From assembly GCA_029881495.1 (NCBI GenBank), contig JAOUMJ010000013.1, positions 3,954 to 67,953 on the forward strand: a DNA stretch of 64,000 bases. The letters run 5' to 3'. The notes under the pieces were generated by a model that was not told the origin of the DNA, ran no database searches, and saw nothing but the letters and a program-made list of their open reading frames with translations. Every line of letters starts with the position of its first letter. Position 1 is the first letter of the stretch. Positions 29,799 through 40,573 of this stretch are shown piece after piece. The position numbers and the translations under genes are program-made. Source of the DNA: Nitrospinota bacterium. Lineage in GTDB: Bacteria; Nitrospinota_A; UBA7883; JACRGQ01.

Positions 29799-30125
29799 AT
29801 GTCTGAATCGGTTGATGTTTATACGGATGATAATTTCAATACAAAGGTGGAAAAAGCTGATTCCCTGACGATAGTGGACTTCTGGGCGGAATGGTGCGCC
29901 CCGTGCCGGATGCTCAGCCCGACCGTGGCGGAGCTGGCAGAAGAAAACAAGGGGGTCATTAACGTTGGGAAGCTTAACGTCGATGAGAATCCTCAGACCG
30001 CCTCAAAATTCGGAATACGTGGGATACCGACGATCCTGTTTTTCAAAAACGGAGAGGTTAAGGAACAGCTGGTAGGCGTCAGGCCGAAAACCGAGATACA
30101 GGCTGTTATAAACAAGCATAAATAA
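29799..30125 (+). CDS. trxA: Thioredoxin
   Basis: WAEWCAPCRM active site, 108 aa, and a GGAGG RBS ahead of the ATG at 29799. Confidence 0.85.
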   Translation: MSESVDVYTDDNFNTKVEKADSLTIVDFWAEWCAPCRMLSPTVAELAEENKGVINVGKLNVDENPQTASKFGIRGIPTILFFKNGEVKEQLVGVRPKTEIQAVINKHK

Positions 30126-30131
30126 AATTGA

Positions 30132-30190
30132 CTGAGAATCCCGGACGGCTATCGAAAGGCTGTTTGGGATATCTCTCAGGATTTTATATC
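30132..30190. terminator. Possible bidirectional stem-loop terminator between the convergent trxA and flgF/G-like genes
   Basis: CTGAGAATCCC ... GGGATatcTCTCAG forms an interrupted stem of about 11 bp with a long loop, followed by GATTTTATAT. It overlaps the last codons of the minus-strand gene. Confidence 0.3.
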
Positions 30191-30883
30191 GAGAACGGTA
30201 CCGAGCATTTCGTCAGCGGTTTTAACGGCCTTTGCGTTCGCGCTGAACCCATGTTTCCCGGTAATTGTATTTACCAGTTCCTTGGTCAAGTCGCTGTTTG
30301 AGCTTTCGCGAGAGCCTTGAAGGATCGGGCCAAATCCGCCGGCAGAAGGCATTCCCAAAAGAGGCGCACCGCTTGAGGCAGTTTCAAAGAAGATTCCATT
30401 TTCCTCTGTCAGGCCGTCCGGATTGATGAATCTGGCGAGCTCAATTCTGCCGATATCCCTCGTTTGACCGTCAACTGTTGTCTTAACGGAACCATCCGGC
30501 TTTATTGTCACGCTGTTTGAATCATTGGGGAGAAAGATTTCCGGTTTTAGGCTGTTCCCCTTGGCATCGGTCAATCGGCCACGGCTGTCTTTCTGAAAGG
30601 CCCCATTTCTGGTAAATCCGGCTTTTCCTTCGGGAGTGGTTACCTTAAAAAAACCGTCCCCGTTTATTGCGGCATCCAGCGGATTTCCAGTTGTTTCAAA
30701 GGACCCTGCGCCATGATTCTGCCGCGTTGAAGTAATAACGCCTGAGTTTTTTGTTTCCAGCTGAACGGTTTCAAGGCTCTTAAAGGAGTTGGTGTTCAGG
30801 TTGGAGAGGTTATGGGATGCAGTCCCGACCTTTTTAATGCCGGCTTTCATTCCGTTTAGTCCGGAGTTTATACCGTAAATCAT
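30176..30883 (-). CDS. Flagellar basal-body rod protein (FlgF/FlgG family)
   Basis: N-terminal flagellar rod signature (GMKAGIKKVGTASHNLSNLNTNSFK), a C-terminal conserved rod domain, 235 aa. Confidence 0.6.
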   Translation of the reverse strand: MIYGINSGLNGMKAGIKKVGTASHNLSNLNTNSFKSLETVQLETKNSGVITSTRQNHGAGSFETTGNPLDAAINGDGFFKVTTPEGKAGFTRNGAFQKDSRGRLTDAKGNSLKPEIFLPNDSNSVTIKPDGSVKTTVDGQTRDIGRIELARFINPDGLTEENGIFFETASSGAPLLGMPSAGGFGPILQGSRESSNSDLTKELVNTITGKHGFSANAKAVKTADEMLGTVLDIKS

Positions 30884-30950
30884 AATAGTTATCCCTTACC
30901 GCCTATTTTATCGGATATCTTTTGGAAAACTTTAATTTATTTTTCGGAGC

Positions 30951-30977
30951 TAAAGTTATCCCCCCCTTAACCGAAAA
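30951..30977 (+). promoter_or_regulatory. Sigma-28 (FliA)-like promoter upstream of the flagellin gene
   Basis: TAAA at 30951, a 15-nt spacer and aCCGAAAA at 30970 match the consensus TAAA-N15-GCCGATAA at 6 of 8 positions in the -10 element. It lies about 120 nt upstream of the flagellin ATG, which has a strong AGGAGG RBS. Confidence 0.45.
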
Positions 30978-31096
30978 TAGATACAGGGAAAATAAACCCT
31001 GCGGGTACGGCCGCTAACACTTTGAAGGTGAAGGTCACAGCTACGTGACTTTCACCTGAGAATTGAACGTAACAGAACTATTTATAGGAGGCTAAA

Positions 31097-31951
31097 ATGG
31101 CACTGAGGATTTACAACAACCTGCACTCGAATACAGCGCAGAAAAACCTGGGGAGAAACAACGAACTCCTGACCCGTTCGTTGGAAAGACTTTCCTCCGG
31201 TTTGCGCATCAACCGCGCCACAGACGACAGCGCGGGTCTATCCATATCGGGAAAATTAAGAGCGGACATCAGCGCTATGGGTCAGGCGATTCGAAACACC
31301 AACGACGGTATCGCACTCTTGAACACTGCTGAAGGAGCCCTGCAGGAGCAGTCCGACATCTTTATCAGAATGAGAGAGCTTGCTTCGCAGGCGGCAACGG
31401 GAACCGTAGGCTCGACAGAGCGCGCTACTCTTAACAATGAGTTTAACGTGCTAAGGGCCGAGGTTGACCGGATCACCGCGGTAGCGTCGTTTGGTAGCGT
31501 TAACCTGCTCGATGGTTCGCTTTCAACAGCTGCGGGCGTTTCTTCTCTCGTTATCCAGATCGGTATCGGTGGCTCGACCAACGACAGAATTAACCTCAAT
31601 CAGCAGGTTGATCTTACGGCTATGAACTCTACCGCTCTTGGGCTTGATACGCTTTCGATCAGCTCTGTTGGTGGTGCTCTTAGCGCTTTGACCTCTATCG
31701 GGTCGTCGATAGCCATAGTTGCGGCTGGACGCGGTCGCTTGGGCGCTGTTCAGAACAGGCTTTCGCATTCCGTTAACAACCTTACAACAATGGAAGAAAA
31801 CATCAAGGCGGCGGAATCACAGATACGCGACGCAGATTACTCCAAAGAGGTTTCGGAATTTACCAAGAATCAGATTTTGGTGCAGGCTTCTACGGCGGCA
31901 TTGGCCCAGGCAAATCTTGTTCCGCAGTCGGTTCTTCAACTCCTCGCATAG
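31097..31951 (+). CDS. fliC: Flagellin (short, 284 aa; conserved D0/D1 only)
   Basis: N-terminal MALRIYNN...LSSGLRINRATDDSAGLSISGKLR and C-terminal LGAVQNRLSHSVNNL...LAQANLVPQSVLQLL are canonical flagellin termini. Confidence 0.9.
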   Translation: MALRIYNNLHSNTAQKNLGRNNELLTRSLERLSSGLRINRATDDSAGLSISGKLRADISAMGQAIRNTNDGIALLNTAEGALQEQSDIFIRMRELASQAATGTVGSTERATLNNEFNVLRAEVDRITAVASFGSVNLLDGSLSTAAGVSSLVIQIGIGGSTNDRINLNQQVDLTAMNSTALGLDTLSISSVGGALSALTSIGSSIAIVAAGRGRLGAVQNRLSHSVNNLTTMEENIKAAESQIRDADYSKEVSEFTKNQILVQASTAALAQANLVPQSVLQLLA

Positions 31952-31996
31952 TGTGCAGAAATGAATGCTTGGAGTTATTTGTCGGAGGTATGAAAA

Positions 31997-32392
31997 ATGA
32001 TTGAGAATGTTTCTGAACAGGTGAATAAAATGATGCGTAACTACTTTCTTGAAAGTGGGGGCAAGATCAAAGGAAGCATTGAACGGCAAATGGAAAACTC
32101 AATGGAGACGGTGAAGAATCCTTCAAGGGAGGCAAGCAGTCCAGGAAGGGATACTGAAGGAGCTAAAAGCCCGGATGATGTGAGGGCTGCGGCTGGAAAA
32201 GTGAGCGAAAAGCTGGATGAGATCGGCTCACCGTACGACCTTACAGTAGATCCGGACACAAACAGGGTTTTGATAAAGGTAAAAAACGATACAGGCGGCG
32301 GCGAGGCAAGGCAAATACCCCAGAAAGTGATACTTGAAATGGCCAAAAGGCTTGATGATCTGACCGGGGCGATAATCGATTCAAAAAGCTGA
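31997..32392 (+). CDS. flaG: FlaG-family flagellar protein
   Basis: It lies immediately downstream of flagellin. The C-terminal block NRVLIKVKNDTGGGEARQIPQKVILEMAKRL matches the FlaG family pattern. GGAGG RBS. Confidence 0.6.
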   Translation: MIENVSEQVNKMMRNYFLESGGKIKGSIERQMENSMETVKNPSREASSPGRDTEGAKSPDDVRAAAGKVSEKLDEIGSPYDLTVDPDTNRVLIKVKNDTGGGEARQIPQKVILEMAKRLDDLTGAIIDSKS

Positions 32393-32515
32393 GCGGAAAT
32401 AGCATGGCCTGTGATGAGCCAACATCACAGGTATATGGCACTTTTTGAATCACTGGCAAAATCGCGTGAAGGTTGTTTTCGCTTTTTGCCCTAATCCCTT
32501 TAGAATAGAGGGATT

Positions 32516-35500
32516 ATGAAAAAGTTTAGTCGGACGTTTTTACCCTATGTCGTCGCTGTCCTGCTGGGGGGGATTGCGCTTTTCGCATGGGAAAAGAGCT
32601 CTGAGCTGGCTACTGGAGAATTGCAAAGCAAGCTGGAAGCGGTTCTCCAGGAAAAATTTGGCGCACAATATGAATTGAGGGAATTCAAGTTTTCTTTTTT
32701 CCCTCAATTGGAATTCACGGTTCGTGATGCCGTCCTGGTGTCGGGAGATATAAAAGTTTCTACGGAACGTGTATCTGTTCATATCCCTCTGGTCTCAATA
32801 ATTTTAGGAAGAGCTATCATTTCGGATGTTCAGCTTTTCCGCCCAAAGGTAAAGATCATCAGGAACCGGGACGGGCACTGGAACTTCCCCCCAATAGCAA
32901 TCATTGGAGTTGGAGCAGGCAAAGACGACCTCAGCGATGGTCCGGGCAATGTTGCATTAAAACGGATATCAATTATTGACGGTGAAATATCATTTACAGA
33001 TGAGTCAATTATCGGACAGCCTGAACGTATTCTGAAAATAACGACGGCAAACTACAATGCCGCCGGAGTTCTGGCGCCTGCAACCATAAACATGTCTGGT
33101 GTACTGATTGCAGATGGAAAAAGTTCGAAAACAAGCGTCTCTTTTTCCTGGATCGAGGGAGAGGATAAGGTTTCCTTCAAGGATTTGGAGGTGCAGGGCG
33201 ATATTAGGATTTCATCACTTACCTCGGACTTGGTTAAACCGTACATGGAGGGATTCTTTCCTGAATGGCTGGATGAGAAATTTCTGTCGGTCGAGTTGTC
33301 TTTTTCCGGGAATATAGAACAGCATTTTGACTTTTTTGGCAGATTTGCTCTTAATCCTGAGCAGGTGGCTTTTGAGAACCTCAAGGAGGAGACCTTAAGC
33401 CCGGATTCCAAATGGATTGAAGTGAAGGGGAATCTCAAAGGGGAAAGACTCTCAATGAGCAGATTCAAGCTTCATCTGCCGGAAATTGATTTCCAGGGCA
33501 ATATGGAGATCGAGAACATATGGCAGAAGGATCCAGTGGTAAGGCTAGGCATAGGGTCGTCACTTGCGGAGGTTCCAAGGCTTATCGCGCTACTGCCGCA
33601 GGAGTTATACCCGAAATTTCTTGAAACTTTTTCCCTGGAATCTATTGAGGGGGGGAGTATACGGTTAATTGATTTCAACTTTTCAGGAAAGTATAGCGAC
33701 GCGTTTAAAGCTCCAGAAAAGGGGGAAAAAGGGGCCTATACCGGCAGGCTTGAAGTGCGCGATCTTGCGGTTAAGCCGGTCATGGCCAAACATTCAATTT
33801 CCGAGATGAACGGGATTCTGGCGGTTGAACCGAAGGATATTATTTTTAAAAAGATTTCAGCAAGGTACGGAGCATCCCAGCTGAAAAATGTCAGCGGCGT
33901 TATCGAAGATTTCTGGGACAATCCCGTTTTTCTTGCGAAATTTGTCGCCGATTTGAACCTGAAGGAGTTCCACGAGGAATTAATCGATAATATAGGTTCA
34001 AAGCAGCTTTATGATATTTTAAAACCAATCCACAAATTCAGCGGAAACATAGGATTTGAATTCCTCCTTCAGTACGATATCGCTGGGGGAAAGCTGATGG
34101 AATTTTTCGGAAATTTCGATTTTAGAAACATAGGCTTTACTCACGAACTTTTCGAGAATCCTGTGGAGGACCTAAATGGAACAGTTTTCATTAACCAGGA
34201 ATTGATCGAAATAACAGAGTTGGAACTGGTTACCGGCACAAGCATTTTCAGGACTACGGGCACGGTCTATAATTATCTTAAAGAGGACTACCTCTTTGAG
34301 CTCACATTGGACGCGTCCGGCGATACTGCCGAGTTTGCGAGTACCGTATTTTATACCTATCCATACCTCAACAGCCTTAAAGGCTATTTCGGCTCCAAGC
34401 TGGAGGTGGAGGGAACCCTCGATGATATGACTTTCAGACAGTGGAGCGATTTTACTGAAGCAGAGTATAGATTTCAGGATAAGTTTTTCAAGCCTGTCGG
34501 AGTGCTTTCCCAGGCTATGGCAAATGGACGTATAGTGGGTATGGAGAGGGTTATTATCGATAAAGTCGATATAAAACTTGGTGAGTCACAGTTATTGCTC
34601 TCAGGATATGTCGACAATTTCCTGCAGATACGCAATTTTAAGTTTGATTTGAGTGTGATCTCTCTGAATCTTGACGACACCCAGCATTTTCTCAAGATGT
34701 TCAAGCCGGGCGAGATCAAAGGGAAAATAAAAGGGAATTTGAGCCTTTCGGAAACAGACGGCGAAAGTACCTATGATTACGATTTCCAATTGGATGTCAA
34801 AAAGATAAGACTGAATCGTTTGGAGAAACTTGGCGGATTATTTGAAAAGTTGAAGCTGAAAGGAAACGTCTCCGGGCTGGTTTATCTGAAGGGTGCGAGC
34901 GGCAAGAATCCATCAATGACAGGGGAGATTACAGGCAAAGGGATTGGTTTCAAGACTGTTCTTGCCAGGCCTATCTTTGGTTTAACCGGCAAGATACTTC
35001 TTAGCGGGGACAGGATCAGTATTCAGGATGTGCGCGCCGGAATGGGTAGATCAAAAGGGATGGTGTCCCTTGATATGGATGTCTCCACAACTCCACACAT
35101 TATCCTTACAATAGATGGCGACGAGATATATCTTGAGGACATCGTCAAGCATGCAAGCGAAACCGATGGAGAAACGGATATTGCAGATAGCCCTGAGCCG
35201 CCGGGCGAGGAGAGGAAAAAGTTTATTGATCCGAGCTGGGAAATTCACGTCAAGTCAAAAAAGGGGACGATCAACACGATTACATATAATGACCTTGAGG
35301 CTTCACTCGCGATTGCGGACGATCAGTTCGAATTCAGCAAACTCAAATTCGGGGGGTATGCCGGGGAGTGGGATATCGCAGGCAATCTGGATATACGCGA
35401 CGGGAATCAGCTTTTTTCGGTAAAACTGAAAGTGGATAATGTTGACATGAAACCGTTTTTTCATGATGTCATTCCTGATGTAAACAGAATAGGCGGGCAC

Positions 35501-36082
35501 ATGGATCTGCGGGGGGAGGTAAGTGGAAACGGATTGTCATGGGATATGTTCAGAAAAAATCTCTCCGGGCGGATGGATATTGAAATGCGCGACGGCATGG
35601 TAGAGAAATTCGGCGGCGTCTCCCAGGTTTTTGCCTATATCAACGTGTTGCCGTTGTTCAAGAAACGGCATGTCGATATGGTTGGAAAGGGATTGCCATT
35701 CAATACGGTCAAGGGAACATTCAGCCTGAAAGATGGTGTGGGGAATACGGAAAACCTTACCATGGAAGGGGACGTTCTCAGACTCTCCATGCTAGGGGAC
35801 GTTAATCTTGCTGAAGGGAAACTCGACCTGTTACTAGGATTAAAACCGTTTACTACGATAGATAAGGTAGTATCCAGCATCCCTCTTGCGGGGAAGATCC
35901 TTGCGGGGGACGAAAAGAGCCTTATTATCAGCTATTACCGACTAGGGGGGACATTTGATAATCCTGACTCCAGGGCGGTTCCGGCTGAATCTGTTGCCAG
36001 GACAATGATAGGGATTGTTCAAAGAATTCTTGAAGCACCTGCCAAGGCGCTTTCCACAACAGGAAATTCTCAAAATGAATAG
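32516..36082 (+). CDS. AsmA-family large envelope protein (TamB/AsmA-like)
   Basis: 1188 aa with an N-terminal TM anchor and an AsmA-like N-domain (FPQLEF..., VSGDIKVSTERVSVHIPLVSIILGRAIISDVQL). The rest is long and beta-rich. Confidence 0.55.
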   Translation: MKKFSRTFLPYVVAVLLGGIALFAWEKSSELATGELQSKLEAVLQEKFGAQYELREFKFSFFPQLEFTVRDAVLVSGDIKVSTERVSVHIPLVSIILGRAIISDVQLFRPKVKIIRNRDGHWNFPPIAIIGVGAGKDDLSDGPGNVALKRISIIDGEISFTDESIIGQPERILKITTANYNAAGVLAPATINMSGVLIADGKSSKTSVSFSWIEGEDKVSFKDLEVQGDIRISSLTSDLVKPYMEGFFPEWLDEKFLSVELSFSGNIEQHFDFFGRFALNPEQVAFENLKEETLSPDSKWIEVKGNLKGERLSMSRFKLHLPEIDFQGNMEIENIWQKDPVVRLGIGSSLAEVPRLIALLPQELYPKFLETFSLESIEGGSIRLIDFNFSGKYSDAFKAPEKGEKGAYTGRLEVRDLAVKPVMAKHSISEMNGILAVEPKDIIFKKISARYGASQLKNVSGVIEDFWDNPVFLAKFVADLNLKEFHEELIDNIGSKQLYDILKPIHKFSGNIGFEFLLQYDIAGGKLMEFFGNFDFRNIGFTHELFENPVEDLNGTVFINQELIEITELELVTGTSIFRTTGTVYNYLKEDYLFELTLDASGDTAEFASTVFYTYPYLNSLKGYFGSKLEVEGTLDDMTFRQWSDFTEAEYRFQDKFFKPVGVLSQAMANGRIVGMERVIIDKVDIKLGESQLLLSGYVDNFLQIRNFKFDLSVISLNLDDTQHFLKMFKPGEIKGKIKGNLSLSETDGESTYDYDFQLDVKKIRLNRLEKLGGLFEKLKLKGNVSGLVYLKGASGKNPSMTGEITGKGIGFKTVLARPIFGLTGKILLSGDRISIQDVRAGMGRSKGMVSLDMDVSTTPHIILTIDGDEIYLEDIVKHASETDGETDIADSPEPPGEERKKFIDPSWEIHVKSKKGTINTITYNDLEASLAIADDQFEFSKLKFGGYAGEWDIAGNLDIRDGNQLFSVKLKVDNVDMKPFFHDVIPDVNRIGGHMDLRGEVSGNGLSWDMFRKNLSGRMDIEMRDGMVEKFGGVSQVFAYINVLPLFKKRHVDMVGKGLPFNTVKGTFSLKDGVGNTENLTMEGDVLRLSMLGDVNLAEGKLDLLLGLKPFTTIDKVVSSIPLAGKILAGDEKSLIISYYRLGGTFDNPDSRAVPAESVARTMIGIVQRILEAPAKALSTTGNSQNE

Positions 36083-36186
36083 AGCCGAATTTTGACTAAC
36101 TAATTAAATAATCGCATTTTAGAAACAAATGCTATATTATTTCCAAAGATGGGAAAACATTGATTTCTTAACTGGAGATAAGGAAA

Positions 36187-37017
36187 TTGGGAATTGATAA
36201 TAATATTCTTGGTTCCGACGACGGGTCTCTTGCCGATTTTGAAGAAGAGCTTTTAACACAGCAGAAGACCAAGTCATACAGGAACCTGTTTTTTGTACTG
36301 CTTCTGCTAGCTCTTTTCTCAAGCATTGGATTTTACGCCTGGAAAAAGGGGAAAATCTCCACCGACATCGTTTCAAAATTAAGAAAGTCCGAGGATAAGA
36401 AGGGGATGGCGGATTCCGCCCTGAAAGCGGATGAAACCGGAAAAGCACCATCGGACAAAAAGGGCAAAAAGGATATTGATATAGAGAGGATCGAGCCTGA
36501 TTCCGTGAAAACTTCCTCGACGTATAAAATAAAGGTGCAACCGGGTGAAGCTAGGTCGGGAAAATATTTCCTCCAGGTCGGCATTTTCGCTGAAAAGAAG
36601 AATGCTGAAAAAGTCCTGAAGATGCTCGAAAAGGCGGGTCTAGACCCAAGATCATCCGATACAATGATCCCGTCGAAAAGGGTGAGGGTGGTTGTCGGTC
36701 ATTTCCCTTTCAGGGAGCTTGCCATGGATGAAGCGGCGGCCCTTCGGAACAAGGGATTCAAGCCTAAGGTGCAGATCATGGCCCCTGGCGTCTATTCGCT
36801 CATCATGGGGAATTTCGCCACGGTCAAGGAAGCAAAAAAGCTGATCAGCGAGCTGGAAGACAAGGGGATACCTGTCAGGACAGATTATAAACTTACGAGA
36901 GATTTCATGATCCCAGCTACTGTTGTATACCTTAAGGATATCGAGGCTGGGGATTCACTCGACAAGGCTGAAGCTCTTCTTAAGAGAAACAAGATAGAGT
37001 ACACACTGCGAAAGTAG
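36187..37017 (+). CDS. SPOR-domain protein (septal peptidoglycan binding), membrane-anchored
   Basis: TTG start and an N-terminal TM segment. Two SPOR-like repeats: KYFLQVGIFAEKKNAEKVLKMLEKAG and YSLIMGNFATVKEAKKLISELEDKG. Confidence 0.6.
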   Translation: MGIDNNILGSDDGSLADFEEELLTQQKTKSYRNLFFVLLLLALFSSIGFYAWKKGKISTDIVSKLRKSEDKKGMADSALKADETGKAPSDKKGKKDIDIERIEPDSVKTSSTYKIKVQPGEARSGKYFLQVGIFAEKKNAEKVLKMLEKAGLDPRSSDTMIPSKRVRVVVGHFPFRELAMDEAAALRNKGFKPKVQIMAPGVYSLIMGNFATVKEAKKLISELEDKGIPVRTDYKLTRDFMIPATVVYLKDIEAGDSLDKAEALLKRNKIEYTLRK

Positions 37018-37028
37018 AGGCTCACGCC

Positions 37029-37060
37029 AGCCTTTGAGATATTGAGAGCAGGCTCTTTTT
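37029..37060 (+). terminator. Weak candidate terminator after the SPOR gene
   Basis: AGCCT...AGGCT forms a 5-bp stem with a 16-nt loop, followed by CTTTTTAT. Marginal. Confidence 0.2.
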
Positions 37061-37074
37061 ATGAAGCCGCCTCT

Positions 37075-37278
37075 TTAAGCGACAATGTTTATGGTATTCC
37101 CTTTAAGAGTTTCTTTCCGGATTTCGTTGTTTTTCTCGATTTTCTGTTCGGCGATTTGGTCATCCGCGGCCCTGTTTTGGAGTTCAACGTTTGGATTTAC
37201 CCCTTTTGAGGAGTCGGGCGTGCCGAACTGAACCTGATTTACCTTGTCTTGAAAGACGCCTATTGCTACAGGATCCAT
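37075..37278 (-). CDS. Hypothetical small protein (67 aa)
   Basis: Hydrophilic ORF, divergent from lepA, with a plausible AGGT RBS. No recognisable family. Confidence 0.25.
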   Translation of the reverse strand: MDPVAIGVFQDKVNQVQFGTPDSSKGVNPNVELQNRAADDQIAEQKIEKNNEIRKETLKGNTINIVA

Positions 37279-37388
37279 TTCTTTTACCTAATAAATACCT
37301 TATTTCTCAATGATACACTTTCACATGAAAATAATCTACTTTCCATCCAGTTTCTCCGGCAAGTATGCTATCATTCCTATTCACTTAT

Positions 37389-39170
37389 ATGGAAAACATC
37401 AGGAACTTTTCAATTATCGCCCATGTAGACCATGGAAAATCGACTCTGGCCGATCGGATGCTGGAATTTACCGGCGCGCTCACTAGCCGTGAAATGAAGG
37501 ATCAGGTGCTGGACAAGATGGACCTTGAGCGGGAACGGGGCATCACCATCAAGGCTCAGGCCGTAAGGCTGAAATATAAGGCCAAGAACGGCCAAGAATA
37601 TATGCTGAACCTGATCGACACACCTGGACATGTCGATTTTTCTTACGAAGTCTCCAGAAGTCTTGGCGCGTGCGAAGGGGGGATCCTTCTGGTAGATGCC
37701 TCGCAGGGGATCGAGGCCCAAACCATCGCCAATTTCCATCTCGCTTCAGACCTCGGTTTGGAGGTAATTCCGGTTATAAACAAGATCGACCTTCCGGCAG
37801 CTGACCCGGTAATGGCAAAACAGCAGATCGAGGATATCCTTTGCATCGACGCCTCGGAAGCGGTTCTAGCTTCGGCAAAGAAGGGGGTCGGTGTAGAGGA
37901 TGTGCTGGAGGCGGTAGTAAACAAAATCCCTCCTCCAAAAGGGGACAGAAACGCCCCTTTGAAGGCCCTCCTGCTTGATTCATGGTACGACCCGTATAAA
38001 GGGGTAGTTGTGCTGACGAGGATCTATGACGGCGTTATAAGGCCAAACATGAAGATATGGCTAATGCGGTCGGATAAGGAGTATGTAATAACACAGCTTG
38101 GGGTTTCCACGCCAGCCGACCTCGACCTGAAGGAAGCTGGCCCGGGAGAGGTTGTCTTTTTTACGGCGGCAATTAAAACGGTTGCCGATACGAACGTGGG
38201 GGACACCATTACCGAATATAGGAGACCCACGACAGAGCCGTTAGCCGGTTTCAAGGAATCGAAGCCGATGGTTTTCTCGGGCCTCTATCCTGTGGAAGGG
38301 GACAGCTACGAAGCGCTTAGGGAGGCTCTTGAGAAGCTTCACCTGAACGATGCTTCTTTCCAATATGAACCGGAAACGTCCGCCGCGCTCGGTTTTGGAT
38401 TCAGGTGCGGATTTCTTGGATTACTGCATATGGAAATTATCAGGGAGCGGCTTGAGCGGGATTTTGACCTTACTTTGATAAGCACATCCCCTTCTGTTAA
38501 CTACAGAGTGACGCTCCAGGATGGAACCACGGTCATGGTGGATAATCCGTCCAGGCTCCCGAAGATGTATAACTTCATTGAGGAGCCGATAATGAAGGCG
38601 ACGATCATATCACCAGACAGTTACATTGGCGACATCTACAAGCTTGTGGAAGAAAAGCGCGGCGTTCAGGAAAAGATGGAATACATTGGGTCGGGAAGGG
38701 TGATGCTCGTATATCATGTTCCGCTCAATGAAGTTGTGCTCGATTTTTTCGACAAACTGAAGTCCGCCACGCGCGGGTATGCTTCCGTCGATTTCGAGGA
38801 TGCCGGATTCCAGAAGGGGAAGCTGGTTAAGCTCGACCTGATGGTGAACGGAGAGGCTGTAGACGCTCTCAGCTTTATTGTTCATTCCGACAAGGCTTAT
38901 ACTGTGGGGCGAGACCTCGCCGCCAGAATGAAGGAGCTTATTCCGAGGCAGATGTTTGAAATAGCTATTCAGGCCTCAATAGGGAGCAGGGTAATAGCCC
39001 GGGAGAGCATTAAGGCGATGAGGAAGAACGTCACAGCCAAGTGCTACGGCGGAGATATCTCCAGAAAGAGAAAGCTTCTGGAAAAGCAGAAAGCCGGAAA
39101 GAAAAAGATGAAACAGATAGGAAACGTGGAAATACCGCAAAACGCATTTATGGCTATTTTGAAGAAGTAG
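37389..39170 (+). CDS. lepA: Elongation factor 4 (LepA)
   Basis: [24 protein letters not shown]1 motif and DTPGHVDF G3 motif, and the full LepA length. The start at 37389 is preferred over the upstream ATG at 37365. Confidence 0.9.
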   Translation: MENIRNFSIIAHVDHGKSTLADRMLEFTGALTSREMKDQVLDKMDLERERGITIKAQAVRLKYKAKNGQEYMLNLIDTPGHVDFSYEVSRSLGACEGGILLVDASQGIEAQTIANFHLASDLGLEVIPVINKIDLPAADPVMAKQQIEDILCIDASEAVLASAKKGVGVEDVLEAVVNKIPPPKGDRNAPLKALLLDSWYDPYKGVVVLTRIYDGVIRPNMKIWLMRSDKEYVITQLGVSTPADLDLKEAGPGEVVFFTAAIKTVADTNVGDTITEYRRPTTEPLAGFKESKPMVFSGLYPVEGDSYEALREALEKLHLNDASFQYEPETSAALGFGFRCGFLGLLHMEIIRERLERDFDLTLISTSPSVNYRVTLQDGTTVMVDNPSRLPKMYNFIEEPIMKATIISPDSYIGDIYKLVEEKRGVQEKMEYIGSGRVMLVYHVPLNEVVLDFFDKLKSATRGYASVDFEDAGFQKGKLVKLDLMVNGEAVDALSFIVHSDKAYTVGRDLAARMKELIPRQMFEIAIQASIGSRVIARESIKAMRKNVTAKCYGGDISRKRKLLEKQKAGKKKMKQIGNVEIPQNAFMAILKK

Positions 39171-39174
39171 GAAA

Positions 39175-39765
39175 ATGGATAAAACTCAAAAATCGCTTTC
39201 ACGGGAATACATTGAGGCAATAATCCTCGCCCTTATTTTCGCGCTTGTCATAAGATCTTTCGTTGTGCAGGCATTCAAGATACCGTCGGGCTCAATGGTG
39301 CCTACTCTCCTGGTGGGGGATCAGATACTGGTGGACAAGCTTGTATACAAATTCCGCGAGCCGAAAAGAGGGGACATCATGGTTTTCAAATACCCGCAGG
39401 ATCCGTCGCGGGATTTCATCAAAAGACTGGTCGGTCTCCCAGGCGAGAAGATAGAGGTGCGTGACCGTATTGTATATATCAACGATATGCCGCTGGACGA
39501 TTCCATGTATGCCTATCACGAAAGCGGGCTGGAAGGATACTTCCCGGTCGTGCCGAGAGACAATTTCAATCCAGTGATAATTCCTGAAGGGAAATACTTC
39601 ATGATGGGGGATAACAGGGAGAACAGCATGGACAGCAGGTGGTGGGGATTCCTGGACAGGGAAGCGGTCGTCGGCAGGGCTTTCACTATCTACTGGTCGC
39701 GCGATATATACCGTATGCTCCCTCTAGGGATGCGGTGGGACCGCTTTGGCAAACTCATTCACTAG
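39175..39765 (+). CDS. lepB: Signal peptidase I
   Basis: SGSMVPTL (catalytic Ser), GDNRENSMDSR, and the conserved lepA-lepB gene order. Confidence 0.85.
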   Translation: MDKTQKSLSREYIEAIILALIFALVIRSFVVQAFKIPSGSMVPTLLVGDQILVDKLVYKFREPKRGDIMVFKYPQDPSRDFIKRLVGLPGEKIEVRDRIVYINDMPLDDSMYAYHESGLEGYFPVVPRDNFNPVIIPEGKYFMMGDNRENSMDSRWWGFLDREAVVGRAFTIYWSRDIYRMLPLGMRWDRFGKLIH

Positions 39766-39784
39766 CGGGTATCGGTAAACGGGG

Positions 39785-40573
39785 TTATTTCCCCTTCTTC
39801 TCCTCCAGCTGTTCAAGCATTTGGGCGAATTGCGTCACCGGAATATCCTCCGCCCTCCCTTTTTCCGCTATGCCTGATGAGGCGAGAGCTTTGTCGATAG
39901 ATACGGCTGTGTATATCGCCTTGAGGTTGTTTTTCAGCGTTTTCCTCTTTTGGCTGAACGCGATAGTTACTAGCCGGAAGAGACTCTTTTCATCACACTC
40001 AACCGGAGGTTTCGCCCGGGGAATGAATGTGAGCACAACGGAATGAACCTTGGGAGGTGGGGTAAATGACCCCGGTTTCACAGTAAAGGCATTCTCAATC
40101 TCCCAGTGGAAATTCGCAAAGACCGATAGAGAGCCGTAATGACGACTGCCAGGGGGGGAAGATAACCGTTCACCTACCTCTTTCTGGAACATCAGAACCA
40201 TTCTTGAAATATATGGCCTATATGTCGTGCATTGTTTGAAGATAGGGATAGAGGCGAAGTAAGGGAGATTCGATACTACCAATAGCGGTGCGGGGAGGGT
40301 GGAAAAGTCGACCCTTTCTGCCTTTGAGTGGATGACCTCCGCATCCGGCATTATTTTTTCCAGCTTTAACGCGAGTTTTTCATCGGCCTCAATGAGGGTA
40401 AGGGTTTTCCCCTTGCCGTAGAGGAGGTTCGTAAGCGCCCCTTTTCCCGGCCCGATCTCGAGGATGTTCGAGTCGTATGAAATTCCGGCTAGTGAGACTA
40501 TCTGTTCCTTTACACTCTCGTCGCTTAGGAAGTGCTGGCCAAGTTTCTGTCTGCCATGTTTAATAATGCTCAT
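39785..40573 (-). CDS. rsmA: 16S rRNA (adenine1518/1519-N6)-dimethyltransferase
   Basis: LGQHFL, ILEIGPGKGALT and NLPY motifs of KsgA/RsmA. Confidence 0.85.
   Translation of the reverse strand: MSIIKHGRQKLGQHFLSDESVKEQIVSLAGISYDSNILEIGPGKGALTNLLYGKGKTLTLIEADEKLALKLEKIMPDAEVIHSKAERVDFSTLPAPLLVVSNLPYFASIPIFKQCTTYRPYISRMVLMFQKEVGERLSSPPGSRHYGSLSVFANFHWEIENAFTVKPGSFTPPPKVHSVVLTFIPRAKPPVECDEKSLFRLVTIAFSQKRKTLKNNLKAIYTAVSIDKALASSGIAEKGRAEDIPVTQFAQMLEQLEEKKGK

Noticed and set aside
36137-36451. 104-aa minus-strand ORF overlapping the SPOR gene start
   Set aside because: It overlaps a better-supported plus-strand gene and its upstream region, and has no RBS or recognisable features.
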